Positions 39,702 to 48,542 of a stretch of DNA of 64,000 nt are shown piece after piece. The position numbers and the translations under genes are program-made. This stretch comes from Candidatus Aenigmatarchaeota archaeon (GTDB lineage Archaea; Aenigmatarchaeota; Aenigmatarchaeia; QMZP01; QMZT01). The stretch's first letter is position 1, and every line of letters starts with the position of its first letter. The stretch covers positions 896,001-960,000 of the forward strand of contig CAVSBQ010000002.1 of the NCBI GenBank assembly GCA_963726265.1, read 5' to 3'. The notes below the pieces were generated by a model. It was not told where the DNA came from and made no database searches. It worked only from the letters and a program-made list of their open reading frames with translations.

Positions 39702-40808
39702 TTACTCGATGAAGTCTATGCCCAGGACCCTTTCTATTTCCTTCTGCTTCGCGTTCGTGAATCTCTTCTCCACAGCGAACACCTGGCCCGACTTCACACC
39801 GGTGATTATCAGCATCGCCCTTATGGTGTCGCCGAGCTCCTTCACTATCTGCGCCCCCCAGATTATCTTCGCGTCCGGGTTGAGCTTGGTCGTCACGGCC
39901 TCGACGATTTCCTGGCATTCCTTTATCGTGATGTCCTCGCCGCCCGCGACGTTTATCAGCGCGCCCGTCGCGCCTTCGATGTTCACGTCAAGCAGCGGGT
40001 TGTTCAGCGACTTCTCGACCGACTCGAGCGCGCGGTTCTCGGTGTCGCTCTCGCCCATGCCTATCATCGCCACCCCGCCCGAGCCCATCACAGCGCGCAC
40101 GTCAGCGAAGTCGAGGTTCACAAGCCCCGGTTTCGTGACCAGCTCCGTTATGCCTTTCACCGCGTTGACGAGGATTTCGTCCGCGACCTTGAACGCTGTC
40201 GTTATCGATACGTCCGGGACGATTTCCAGGAGCTTGTCGTTGGGTATGATTATAATGGTGTCCGCGACGGCCTGCAGGTTTTCAAGGCCGTCCTGCGCGT
40301 TCCTCATCCTTTGCTTGCCTTCCATGGTGAACGGCAGGGTCACGACTCCGACAGTCAGAGCGCCCGTCTTCTTGGCAATGTCCGCGATTATCGGGGCGGC
40401 GCCGGTTCCGGTTCCGCCTCCGAGCCCGCAGGTGACGAAGATGAGGTCAGCGCCTTCGACGGCCTTCTTGACGTCCTCCTTCGACTCTTTCGCGGCCTCG
40501 GAGCCGACCTTCGGGTCCGCTCCTGCGCCTAGGCCGCCCGTAAGCTCTTTGCCTATGAGGACCTTCATGTCGGCGTCAGTGTAAAGCAAATCCTGGGCGT
40601 CGGTGTTCATGGCGACGGTCTCAGCACCCACTATGCCGACCTGGGTCATGCGCGATATCGTGTTGCCTCCCGCCCCGCCGACACCGATGACCTTTATATC
40701 GGCCCTTTTCGACTCGAGAATCTTCCTGAGGTCCTCGTCGACCTCCGGGTGCTGCTTCCTCTTGTATTCCTTTACCTCTTCTTTAACATCAACGCTTCTG
40801 ACGCCCAT
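39702..40808 (-). CDS. ftsZ: cell division protein FtsZ1
   Basis: GVGGAGGN, GLGGGTGTG, NLDFAD; canonical ftsZ1 synteny. Confidence 0.96.
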   Translation of the reverse strand: MGVRSVDVKEEVKEYKRKQHPEVDEDLRKILESKRADIKVIGVGGAGGNTISRMTQVGIVGAETVAMNTDAQDLLYTDADMKVLIGKELTGGLGAGADPKVGSEAAKESKEDVKKAVEGADLIFVTCGLGGGTGTGAAPIIADIAKKTGALTVGVVTLPFTMEGKQRMRNAQDGLENLQAVADTIIIIPNDKLLEIVPDVSITTAFKVADEILVNAVKGITELVTKPGLVNLDFADVRAVMGSGGVAMIGMGESDTENRALESVEKSLNNPLLDVNIEGATGALINVAGGEDITIKECQEIVEAVTTKLNPDAKIIWGAQIVKELGDTIRAMLIITGVKSGQVFAVEKRFTNAKQKEIERVLGIDFIE

Positions 40809-40955
40809 AAAAAATCCCTCCCTCAAATCAAATGACTATTAGTTTCAATATATTCATAACAAAATAATGGCAATAAACTATTTAAATTTTATTTAATCCA
40901 AAACGCAAAAACCAGCAGCACCTAAAATGATTTTCTGCACGGCTTCAGTTCGCAT

Positions 40956-41663
40956 CTAAGCTTCCTGGCCGGTTTTTTCAGCTTCTTTTTCCTCTTTGGC
41001 ATCGTGTCCGGCTCCGGGTTCGTGCTTGTCCATGAATTCGACCTTCTCCATGCCCTTTATCCATCTCGTTATCATGTCGCCGACTATTCTCTTGGCCACG
41101 GGGCTTACCGGCTTACTGGCATGGACTTCGACGCCTTTATCGACCATCCTGATTTCGGAATGCTCGACCATGTAATATTTGAGAAGGGCTTCTATCTTCT
41201 CCTTCTCGCCGTCGATTTTCCTCAGGACCTTCACGCTGTAGTCCAGCGCCTTGCCCGCGAGCGGGTTGTTGAAGTCGACGCGCACTCGCCCGCCTGAAAC
41301 GCTCTGCACCTTCGCCTGCATGCCGTCTATGTCGAAATACGCGCCCGGCACGGGGTTTATCTTGTTCTCGATGAACTTCGATGCAGGCAGTATCTTTATC
41401 AGCCTCGGGTCGCGGATGCCAAAACCCTCGGAAGGCGCGACTTCGAACGAGCGCTCCTCTCCGACTTCCATCTTTTCCAGCTCTTTCATCACGCCGTGTA
41501 CCGTCATGCTCGAGCCGACTATCACCAGCGCCGGCCCGTAAGGCGCTTTCGGATCGTGGAGCTTCTCCTGCTTCGCGACGTCCTCGTTCGTAAGGTCGAA
41601 AATCTCCCCGGTGAGCTTCAGCCTTCCCACGTAATCGATCTCGACGAAATCTCCGTGTTGCAT
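40956..41663 (-). CDS. long-type FKBP peptidyl-prolyl isomerase
   Basis: GDFVEIDYVG, VDFNNPLAGK. Confidence 0.9.
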   Translation of the reverse strand: MQHGDFVEIDYVGRLKLTGEIFDLTNEDVAKQEKLHDPKAPYGPALVIVGSSMTVHGVMKELEKMEVGEERSFEVAPSEGFGIRDPRLIKILPASKFIENKINPVPGAYFDIDGMQAKVQSVSGGRVRVDFNNPLAGKALDYSVKVLRKIDGEKEKIEALLKYYMVEHSEIRMVDKGVEVHASKPVSPVAKRIVGDMITRWIKGMEKVEFMDKHEPGAGHDAKEEKEAEKTGQEA

Positions 41664-41770
41664 AGCTTATAATACCAGCGTTTGTTATAAATTGGTTTCG
41701 GTCCTGCATCCTGCAGCCCTGCGTCTGCCAATGAACAAAATAAAAAGGCCTGGAAAACCAGGAACGTCCT

Positions 41771-42079
41771 TTATTTTTTAGCGACTTTCGTTTCCTTGAG
41801 CAGCATCTTCGCTATCATGAAGATGACGAAGGCGATTATCACGAAGTTTATTATGGCGCTGAGGAACGAACCCCATTTCAGCGTTATCGGCCCGATCTGG
41901 AAAACTGATGTCTTCCAGTCGCCAGTCGCTGAAAGCGCAGGCGAAATCACGGGCATTATTATATCGTTAACAAGCGACTGAACCAGCGCGGTGAGCGCTG
42001 CGCCTATGATGAACGCTATGGCGAGCCCCATCACCTTGTACTCATCCAGAAACTGCTTGAACTCCGCTATCAGACCCAT
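41771..42079 (-). CDS. mscL: large-conductance mechanosensitive channel
   Basis: EFKQFL, LAIAFIIG, SLVNDIIMP, FLSAIINF. Confidence 0.92.
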   Translation of the reverse strand: MGLIAEFKQFLDEYKVMGLAIAFIIGAALTALVQSLVNDIIMPVISPALSATGDWKTSVFQIGPITLKWGSFLSAIINFVIIAFVIFMIAKMLLKETKVAKK

Positions 42080-42207
42080 CAGGACACCTCACTGTAAGAA
42101 TACTGGTTGCCGTCTTAAAAAACCTGATGCCCGAAAAGAAAACTTTCCGATAAGCCTTTCCCTGAAAGGCATGCCGGTGCAGACGTGTCTGCGCCATTCG
42201 CTTTTAG

Positions 42208-42327
42208 TGGTCCCGCTGGGACTTGAACCCAGGACCTCTCGATATCAGAACCTGCGGTTCCGATACCTCCCTTACGGAGGCTTCGCCTTATCAGTCGAGC
42301 GCTCTAGCCAAGCTGAGCTACGGGACC
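42208..42327 (-). tRNA. tRNA-Ile(GAT) with 45-nt intron (42244-42288) at 37/38
   Basis: GGTCCCG acceptor stem, CTCGA/TCGAG anticodon stem, anticodon at 42290-42292, TTCAAGT T-loop. Confidence 0.93.
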
Positions 42328-42410
42328 AATGCTAGGTTATATCCATATAAGAGAATTTTTAATTTATAAGTTTCTTTTCGCTTCATGCGCTGGGCTCTGC
42401 CTGTCAGAAC

Positions 42411-43334
42411 TCATGCCTTCAGTATGAACGTTTCCGCTCCCCTGACCTCTTCGAGAAGCTTCGACGTCTTCAGGATGCGCGCGGCCTCGTCCTTGCCTAT
42501 GTCCAGCGCCTCCGCGAAGTCCTTCACGGCAACGACCCTGCTGTCCGACACGGTTTCCGCCACCGTCTTGAGGAGGTCCGAAAATCTCAGCGGGGTTTTC
42601 GCCGGGTCGAACCAGCACGCATATTTCTCGGTGATTTTCTCCCGCGCATTGAAATGGGCGCTGCCGTTCTCCGTGTTGAACGCGAAAAGCGAAAGCCTTT
42701 TGTTGGAGAAGCCCTCGGCGAACCTGATGATTTTCTGGCTGAGCGACGCGGCGTTGCCCACGAAAACGACCACGTCATAAACCCCTTCCAGGGGGGTTTC
42801 GAGGAAGCCGTTGACCTCGTCCGCCGCCGTATCCGAGGCGGGTCTCACGAGAATGCGTATCTTCGGCTTTTTCGAGAAAAAATGCTTCTCGTAGACCATC
42901 ACCTCGAACTGCCTGTATTTTTTGTCCCTGACCTTGGTCTTCGTTTTCCTGATGAAGCCGTCGGGCGACCAGTCCAGATGCGATTTTTTCAGCCGCTGCT
43001 CGACGAACTCCATGTAGTTGAGCGTGACGTTCTTGACGTCGTCTTCAGTCGTTTCCTCTTTTTTAACAAAATCTTTTTCATGCTGTCTGCAGAAGCGCTT
43101 CTCTTCGGAAGACCAGCACTCGAGGCATACGAGTTCGCTGCAGCCGTCGTGGAGGCAGCGGCCTCCCCACTCTTCGTGCGAGCCGACCTTCCTGCCGCAG
43201 CGCGGGCAGAATTCCATCTTCTTCTTCGGGAGCAGCTGGTCGAGCTTTTCGTCGGCCTCGCGCTCCTTCTCCTCCGCCTCGTCCTCGAGCTCTATGATTT
43301 CTTCCTCTAACTCCTTGTCCATATCACTTCCCAT
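42411..43334 (-). CDS. hypothetical protein: acidic coiled coil, Cys/His zinc finger, alpha/beta domain, C-terminal HTH
   Basis: CPRC..CLHDGC..CLEC..CRQH; host codon usage. Confidence 0.7.
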   Translation of the reverse strand: MGSDMDKELEEEIIELEDEAEEKEREADEKLDQLLPKKKMEFCPRCGRKVGSHEEWGGRCLHDGCSELVCLECWSSEEKRFCRQHEKDFVKKEETTEDDVKNVTLNYMEFVEQRLKKSHLDWSPDGFIRKTKTKVRDKKYRQFEVMVYEKHFFSKKPKIRILVRPASDTAADEVNGFLETPLEGVYDVVVFVGNAASLSQKIIRFAEGFSNKRLSLFAFNTENGSAHFNAREKITEKYACWFDPAKTPLRFSDLLKTVAETVSDSRVVAVKDFAEALDIGKDEAARILKTSKLLEEVRGAETFILKA

Positions 43335-43384
43335 GGTTTATTCTTGAAGGCGTATTTTAAAAAACAAACTGCGAATAAATCACC

Positions 43385-44212
43385 ATGGCCGGGAAGAAAA
43401 GAGGGAAAGGCATGAAAAGGACGGGAAGCGAGGCGGCAGCAGGCGGGATAAGGTTCGTGACAGGGCAACCAGCGTTACTCGCCGGCGATACGCTCGTCGT
43501 CGCGGACCTGCACATCGGCGTCGAATACGGCTATTACAAGTCAGGCATACGCATCCCCTCGAACACGGGCAGCATGCTCAAGGCGCTAAGGGAGCTGATA
43601 AGGCTCACGCGTGCCAGAAACCTCGTTCTTCTGGGCGACGTGAAGCACAAGGTGCCCGGCTCGACGTTCCAGGAGATGCGCGAGATTCCGGAATTCCTGG
43701 TGTCGCTGGGGAAAGAGACCGCGGTTGACGTCGTCCCGGGCAACCACGACCCGGACCTGAAGAACTTCCTTCCGGAAAACGTGCGCCTCCGCCCGAGCAG
43801 GGGCTTCGCAAGGGGTAATTTTTATTTTGTCCACGGGCATACATGGCCCGACCCGGCGTTCATGAAGGCGGCTTATGTCATGGTCGGGCATGAGCATCCC
43901 CAAATCGAGTTCCGCGACAAGCTCGGTTACAGGTTCTTCGAGCAGGCATGGCTGCGCGCGGAGCTCGACAGGAACGCCCTGCGCAAAAGATACGGGAAAA
44001 TCCCCGTCCGCCTGCCGGAACTCATAATCATGCCGAAGTTCAACCGGCTGTCTGGGGGGATTTCGATGAACTACCCGGTTACGGCCATAGACAGGGCGCA
44101 CGGGTATGACAGCAGCGGCATAGGACCGCTGGTGAGGTCGGCGAAGCTGAAGCAGGCGAAGGTCTATCTGCTCGACGGCACGTTTCTAGGGAAATTAAAG
44201 GACCTTTTATAA
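43385..44212 (+). CDS. SbcD/Mre11-related metallophosphoesterase
   Basis: ADLHIG, LGDVKH, PGNHD, HGH, GHEHP. Confidence 0.88.
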   Translation: MAGKKRGKGMKRTGSEAAAGGIRFVTGQPALLAGDTLVVADLHIGVEYGYYKSGIRIPSNTGSMLKALRELIRLTRARNLVLLGDVKHKVPGSTFQEMREIPEFLVSLGKETAVDVVPGNHDPDLKNFLPENVRLRPSRGFARGNFYFVHGHTWPDPAFMKAAYVMVGHEHPQIEFRDKLGYRFFEQAWLRAELDRNALRKRYGKIPVRLPELIIMPKFNRLSGGISMNYPVTAIDRAHGYDSSGIGPLVRSAKLKQAKVYLLDGTFLGKLKDLL

Positions 44213-44261
44213 AACTTTTTTAATCCGCTTTTCAAATAAAACCTAGTCAAGGCTGATAGAC

Positions 44262-44942
44262 ATGAAAAACGTCGCAGTGCTTTTCTCCGGCGCGAAGGAC
44301 TCGACCTTCGCAGTCTACAAGGCCATGGGCATGGGGCTGCACGTTAAATTCCTGCTCACGCTTCTGCCCAAGAGGGACGATTCATACATGTTCCACCACC
44401 CGAACGTGCAGTGGGCAAGGCTGCACGCCGAGGCCATGGGCATCCCCATAGTCTTCAGGGAAGTGAGCGGAGAGGAGGGAAAGGAAGTCGAGGAGATGAA
44501 AGGCATCCTCGCGTCGCTGAAGCCCGAGATAGACGGCGTCGTTTCCGGCGCCCTGGCGAGCCGCTACCAGAGGACAAGGATAGACAACGCCTGCAAGGAG
44601 CTCGGCCTAGAATCCATATCGCCCCACTGGAACAGGGGCATAAAGGATTACCTCGAGGACCTGATAATATCGGGCTTTGACGTCATATTCATCGCGGTCG
44701 CGGCAGAAGGCCTCAACGAGAGCTGGCTGGGCAGGAGGCTTGACCGCGAGGCGCTGAAAGACCTGGAAAAGCTCCATGAAAAGCACGGCGTCCACATGGG
44801 TGGTGAGGGAGGCGAATACGAATCGTTCGTCCTCGACGCGCCGATTTTCAAAAAGAGGGTGAGAATCCTGCATGCCCACAAGGAATGGGACGGCGCAAGG
44901 GGCGCTTACATCATAGACAGCGCGGAGCTTGTCGAGAAGTAA
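44262..44942 (+). CDS. dph6: diphthine--ammonia ligase
   Basis: SGAKDS PP-loop variant, SYMFH, GEGGEYESFV. Confidence 0.9.
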   Translation: MKNVAVLFSGAKDSTFAVYKAMGMGLHVKFLLTLLPKRDDSYMFHHPNVQWARLHAEAMGIPIVFREVSGEEGKEVEEMKGILASLKPEIDGVVSGALASRYQRTRIDNACKELGLESISPHWNRGIKDYLEDLIISGFDVIFIAVAAEGLNESWLGRRLDREALKDLEKLHEKHGVHMGGEGGEYESFVLDAPIFKKRVRILHAHKEWDGARGAYIIDSAELVEK

Positions 44943-44951
44943 TAGTCGGTT

Positions 44952-45686
44952 TCACATTCTGGAAATTTTTCCAGCCTTTGCCAAAACCGCCTCTGCCTTG
45001 ATTTTTTCAGCTTGCCTGCGAGTAAAAGCAGCATGCAGATTTTGTTCTTTTCTAACCACCAACATCTCAGATTCATAGTTTATATAACGCAATACAGGCG
45101 TCTCGCCGTCCAGACGCAGACAAAAAAGATCAGGCCCGTCATGATGAAATGAAATTTCAACTGTCTTTTTGTAAGCTAATATTTTGGCGTAGTCACCAAA
45201 AGGAAAGATATCTTCAAACATCATTTCAAAAAGATTTTTATCCAGTTTTGGCAGTTTGAAGGCCATTCGTATAACGCATTCTTTGAATTTTCCCACGTTC
45301 CTGATTTCCATTCCATCCGGATAAAATTCCAGGCCCAGTTCCATGGGATTTTTATTGTAACCAAGTCTTTTACCTACCGATTTGCAGGATAAATCGACAT
45401 AACGCGTGTTATTATAAGAATCGACATAATCACCGCATCTGCCATAAGGAACAAATTTATCGCAACCACCCTCCGGATATGAGCATGGCTCAGGTTTAAA
45501 ATCCTTTTCCGACAGGCCTGTAATTAAAAATTTATTAATTTCTGTTTCCCCGAAAATCCGGGGAGGAGAATAAAAATCGCCGTCACCGATTCCGAATGCA
45601 GAATTAGGTTTTACCCCCAAAATTCTCAAGGCATACGTTTGAGCAAATTTCGCAGGTAAAAATGTTTCTATTGCCCTATTTGTCAT
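44952..45686 (-). CDS. AT-rich hypothetical protein
   Basis: 244-aa ORF with atypical composition. Confidence 0.65.
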   Translation of the reverse strand: MTNRAIETFLPAKFAQTYALRILGVKPNSAFGIGDGDFYSPPRIFGETEINKFLITGLSEKDFKPEPCSYPEGGCDKFVPYGRCGDYVDSYNNTRYVDLSCKSVGKRLGYNKNPMELGLEFYPDGMEIRNVGKFKECVIRMAFKLPKLDKNLFEMMFEDIFPFGDYAKILAYKKTVEISFHHDGPDLFCLRLDGETPVLRYINYESEMLVVRKEQNLHAAFTRRQAEKIKAEAVLAKAGKISRM

Positions 45687-45749
45687 ATTTTATTTTGATA
45701 ATTAGTTTTAAATCCGCATTTTTCCAGAATTTTTGCCGTTCCTGGATTT

Positions 45750-45791
45750 CTATAATCTGCGGTCCAGAACCTGGTTTACCATCCTGTCCGC
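45750..45791 (-). pseudogene. orphan 3'-end remnant of rnhA
   Basis: Translates ADRMVNQVLDRRL* versus functional tail ADRMVNQVLDKIF* (46263-46304), with synonymous differences. Confidence 0.88.
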
Positions 45792-45794
45792 ACT

Positions 45795-45835
45795 CAGAAG
45801 AAATGGGATAGTGCAGAGCTCGTCGAAAAAAATAA
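45795..45835 (+). pseudogene. orphan 3'-end remnant of dph6
   Basis: Translates QKKWDSAELVEK versus functional HKEWD(GARGAYIID)SAELVEK*. Confidence 0.8.
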
Positions 45836-45837
45836 TT

Positions 45838-46185
45838 TTATTTTTTTTGATATTTTCTTATGATGATGGATTCGGGATATCTAATGTCACCAATGAAGCC
45901 GCTAATTGACAGAACATCCCCTTCCCTGACATTCTGGATGCCACTGCGCCTGCGTAAAAGAGGGTTATAGCTGAAAACAACACCTCTTTTTTCATCTTCT
46001 AATAAGAGACATTCTGTGCTATATTCTACCCTCTTTACTTTCAGTTTATCAATCTGATACCAATGATCTCGGGTATTTTTTAGAGATTTTATTATTCCTG
46101 GTGCATTATCAATAGCGTCACCAAGAGAATCGAAAATGTAGAATGTTTTCCTCCACCAACCCTTGCCAGTTGTTGTCGTTTGCAT
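45838..46185 (-). CDS. AT-rich hypothetical protein (possible OB-like fold)
   Basis: 115-aa ORF; VREGDVLSISG segment. Confidence 0.6.
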   Translation of the reverse strand: MQTTTTGKGWWRKTFYIFDSLGDAIDNAPGIIKSLKNTRDHWYQIDKLKVKRVEYSTECLLLEDEKRGVVFSYNPLLRRRSGIQNVREGDVLSISGFIGDIRYPESIIIRKYQKK

Positions 46186-46262
46186 GATTATATGTAAGAA
46201 ATTAGTTTTTTATTGTTATTTTCACGCTTTGGTGCTATGCATGAACTTATACTGCTCATTAG

Positions 46263-46700
46263 CTAAAAAATTTTATCAAGAACTTGGTTTACCATGCGGT
46301 CAGCCCGCTGGATTACAGGGTCCGTCCTGCGCACGCTGACATAGCCGACTTTCGCGAATTTCTTCTCGAGCGTTTTCGCTTCGTCATGCAGCTCCTTCAG
46401 ATGGCCTTTCTTGACCTTGTATTCGCCCTTCATCTGGCTTATCATGAGCTGGCTGTCGGAGAAACACGTGATTTCAGCGCCTCCGCTTTCGCCTACGAGC
46501 TTCGCGGCTTCTTTCAGCGCCAGGATGAGCGCCCTGTATTCGGCGATGTTGTTGGTGCAGGCACCAATGAATTCGGCGCGCTCCTTCAGCAGGTTGCCTT
46601 TCTCGTCAGTTATTATGAACGCCGCCGCGCCCGGGCCCGGGTTGCCGCGCGATGCGCCGTCGGTGTAAATCTTCAATTTTTCGCGTTTCATTTTTTCCAC
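46263..46700 (-). CDS. rnhA: ribonuclease HI
   Basis: YTDGASRGNPGP, TNNIAEY, DSQL, RAD. Confidence 0.93.
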   Translation of the reverse strand: MEKMKREKLKIYTDGASRGNPGPGAAAFIITDEKGNLLKERAEFIGACTNNIAEYRALILALKEAAKLVGESGGAEITCFSDSQLMISQMKGEYKVKKGHLKELHDEAKTLEKKFAKVGYVSVRRTDPVIQRADRMVNQVLDKIF

Positions 46701-47506
46701 TGGTATCCCTCCTTCTGCAGGATTCCGAGCATTTTGAGCGAGTCCTGCTCGAGAATCGGGCTTTCGGAAATTATGGTTATGTTTTTGATTCCGCTCTTCA
46801 AAAGGCTTTGTGCCAGTTGGACGAAATCGGGTTTCCTGTGGTCGATGGTCAGATGTCTGCGCTCGCCTTTCGCCGTGTATTCGATGCCTGAGAAATGGCA
46901 GTGATGGTGTGCGATGTCCAGCGCTTCCATTTTCTTCAGCGTTTCGCTGAAATCTATACTGCCGGCGTTCCTGGCGAAGATGTGGGAGAAATCGACGGCT
47001 GGCATGCAGTTTTTGATTTTCTTGTGGACGGCGATGTTCTCATCAAGCGTGCCGAACTGCGAGCCCTTGCCGGTCGTCTCGAGGCCGAGCTTCACGTCCC
47101 ATCCTTCTTTCGCGATTTTGTCGTTCATGTCCCCGCAGGCCTCCAGGACCAGCTCGAACGCCTTCGTTTTATCCAGCGTCCCGTAGAAGCCTGAATGGAA
47201 GACCACGACCCACGCGCCGAGGTGATGCGCCCTCTCGCACGAATCGAGGATGCGCTTCTTCGACGCTGCGACTTTTTCCGGGTTGCAGAGGTTTATGAAA
47301 TATGGCGCGTGTATCGAAAGCAGGATCCCCTCGTCTTTTGCAGCCTTCCCTGCCTGCTTCGCGGACTCGACGCTCATGTGCACGCCGCGGACGAACTCGA
47401 CTTCCATCGCGTTGAGGCCGAGCTCGGCGACGTGCCTTATGCCATCCGCCGTCGAAGAGCCTTTTAATGTGGTCGGGATGCCTGCAGGGCCGAGGAAAAT
47501 GCGCAT
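46688..47506 (-). CDS. nfo: endonuclease IV family AP endonuclease
   Basis: HAPYFINL, ETTGK, DFSH, HFSGI, ISESP. Confidence 0.92.
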   Translation of the reverse strand: MRIFLGPAGIPTTLKGSSTADGIRHVAELGLNAMEVEFVRGVHMSVESAKQAGKAAKDEGILLSIHAPYFINLCNPEKVAASKKRILDSCERAHHLGAWVVVFHSGFYGTLDKTKAFELVLEACGDMNDKIAKEGWDVKLGLETTGKGSQFGTLDENIAVHKKIKNCMPAVDFSHIFARNAGSIDFSETLKKMEALDIAHHHCHFSGIEYTAKGERRHLTIDHRKPDFVQLAQSLLKSGIKNITIISESPILEQDSLKMLGILQKEGYQWKK

Positions 47507-47738
47507 GATTTTTTATTGGAAAAGCTGCATAAAAACGCGAGCACGCAAAAAATGCCGCAAAGTAAATTCTATATTCGCGCAAAAGCTTTATATTCGCTTT
47601 CCCCGGGCAGTGAAAGGAAAGCTTTATATTCTGGTTCTGTATATTGAAATCATCAGCAGGCGAGCCATACGCGGCGTTAACGACGGCTGAAATGGGGTAA
47701 AGAGCGGAGCACTTTTTAAGCAAGAGGAGGTTGAGGCC

Positions 47739-47825
47739 ATGAACAAGAAAAAGGACAAGAAAAAAGTAATTGAAGAGGAAGAAGAAGACACGGAAACAGA
47801 AGAAAGCGAGGAAGAGGAGTTCTGA
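47739..47825 (+). CDS. 28-aa bipolar (Lys-rich then Glu-rich) micropeptide
   Basis: MNKKKDKKKVIEEEEEDTETEESEEEEF*; GGAGG SD and upstream TATA-like CTTTATATT. Confidence 0.5.
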   Translation: MNKKKDKKKVIEEEEEDTETEESEEEEF

Positions 47826-47959
47826 GTTTTTCCGAAAGGACATCATAATCAGTGGCGTGGCGAATTCCGGAAATTGCGCCACATTTTTTCTTTTCCCCCT
47901 ACGTTTTTCTGCAAGCTGCAAGCGGAAATTATTTAAGCTGTTACCTACAATTCTATACG

Positions 47960-48442
47960 ATGAAGCTCAATCATTCGCTCAAGACGGGCCTTAGCTTTGG
48001 CCTCACTTCCGCGACCATCACCACGCTGGGCCTTATGGTCGGCCTGGAGTCCGGGACGAAATCGAAACTCATAGTCATGGGAGGCATACTGACGATAGCG
48101 ATAGCCGACGCCTTCTCCGACGCGCTCGGCATTCATGTCTCCGAAGAATCGGAAAACAGGCACAGCTCCCGGGAGATATGGATGGCGACCGTCTCGACTT
48201 TCGCGGCCAAGTTCCTTTTCGCCATGACGTTCCTGATACCGGTCATACTGATGCAGCTTTCCACTGCGATTATCGTGAGCATATGCTGGGGCCTCGTAAT
48301 AATGACATTCGCTAGCTACCAGATCGCGAAATCCGCGAAGCAGAAGCCGCTGTATGTGATTGTTGAGCATGCCGGCATAATGCTCGTGGTCGTCCTGATA
48401 ACGCATTACGTAGGCGACATGATAGCCTTCCTTTTCGGATGA
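47960..48442 (+). CDS. VIT1/CCC1-like membrane protein
   Basis: SFGLTS, IADAFSDALGIHVSEE. Confidence 0.8.
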   Translation: MKLNHSLKTGLSFGLTSATITTLGLMVGLESGTKSKLIVMGGILTIAIADAFSDALGIHVSEESENRHSSREIWMATVSTFAAKFLFAMTFLIPVILMQLSTAIIVSICWGLVIMTFASYQIAKSAKQKPLYVIVEHAGIMLVVVLITHYVGDMIAFLFG

Positions 48443-48542
48443 CCTGCCAACCTAACTTGCAACTTGCCTAAAAACTATTTAAAACCACGGGCATATGTAT
48501 TGTCTTCGAGCGGGTTATTTTAGAAATGCACGGCTGATGATT

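Noticed and set aside
44280..44305. Dph6 PP-loop SGAKDS instead of SGGKDS as evidence of inactivation
   Set aside because: Single conservative change with all other motifs intact
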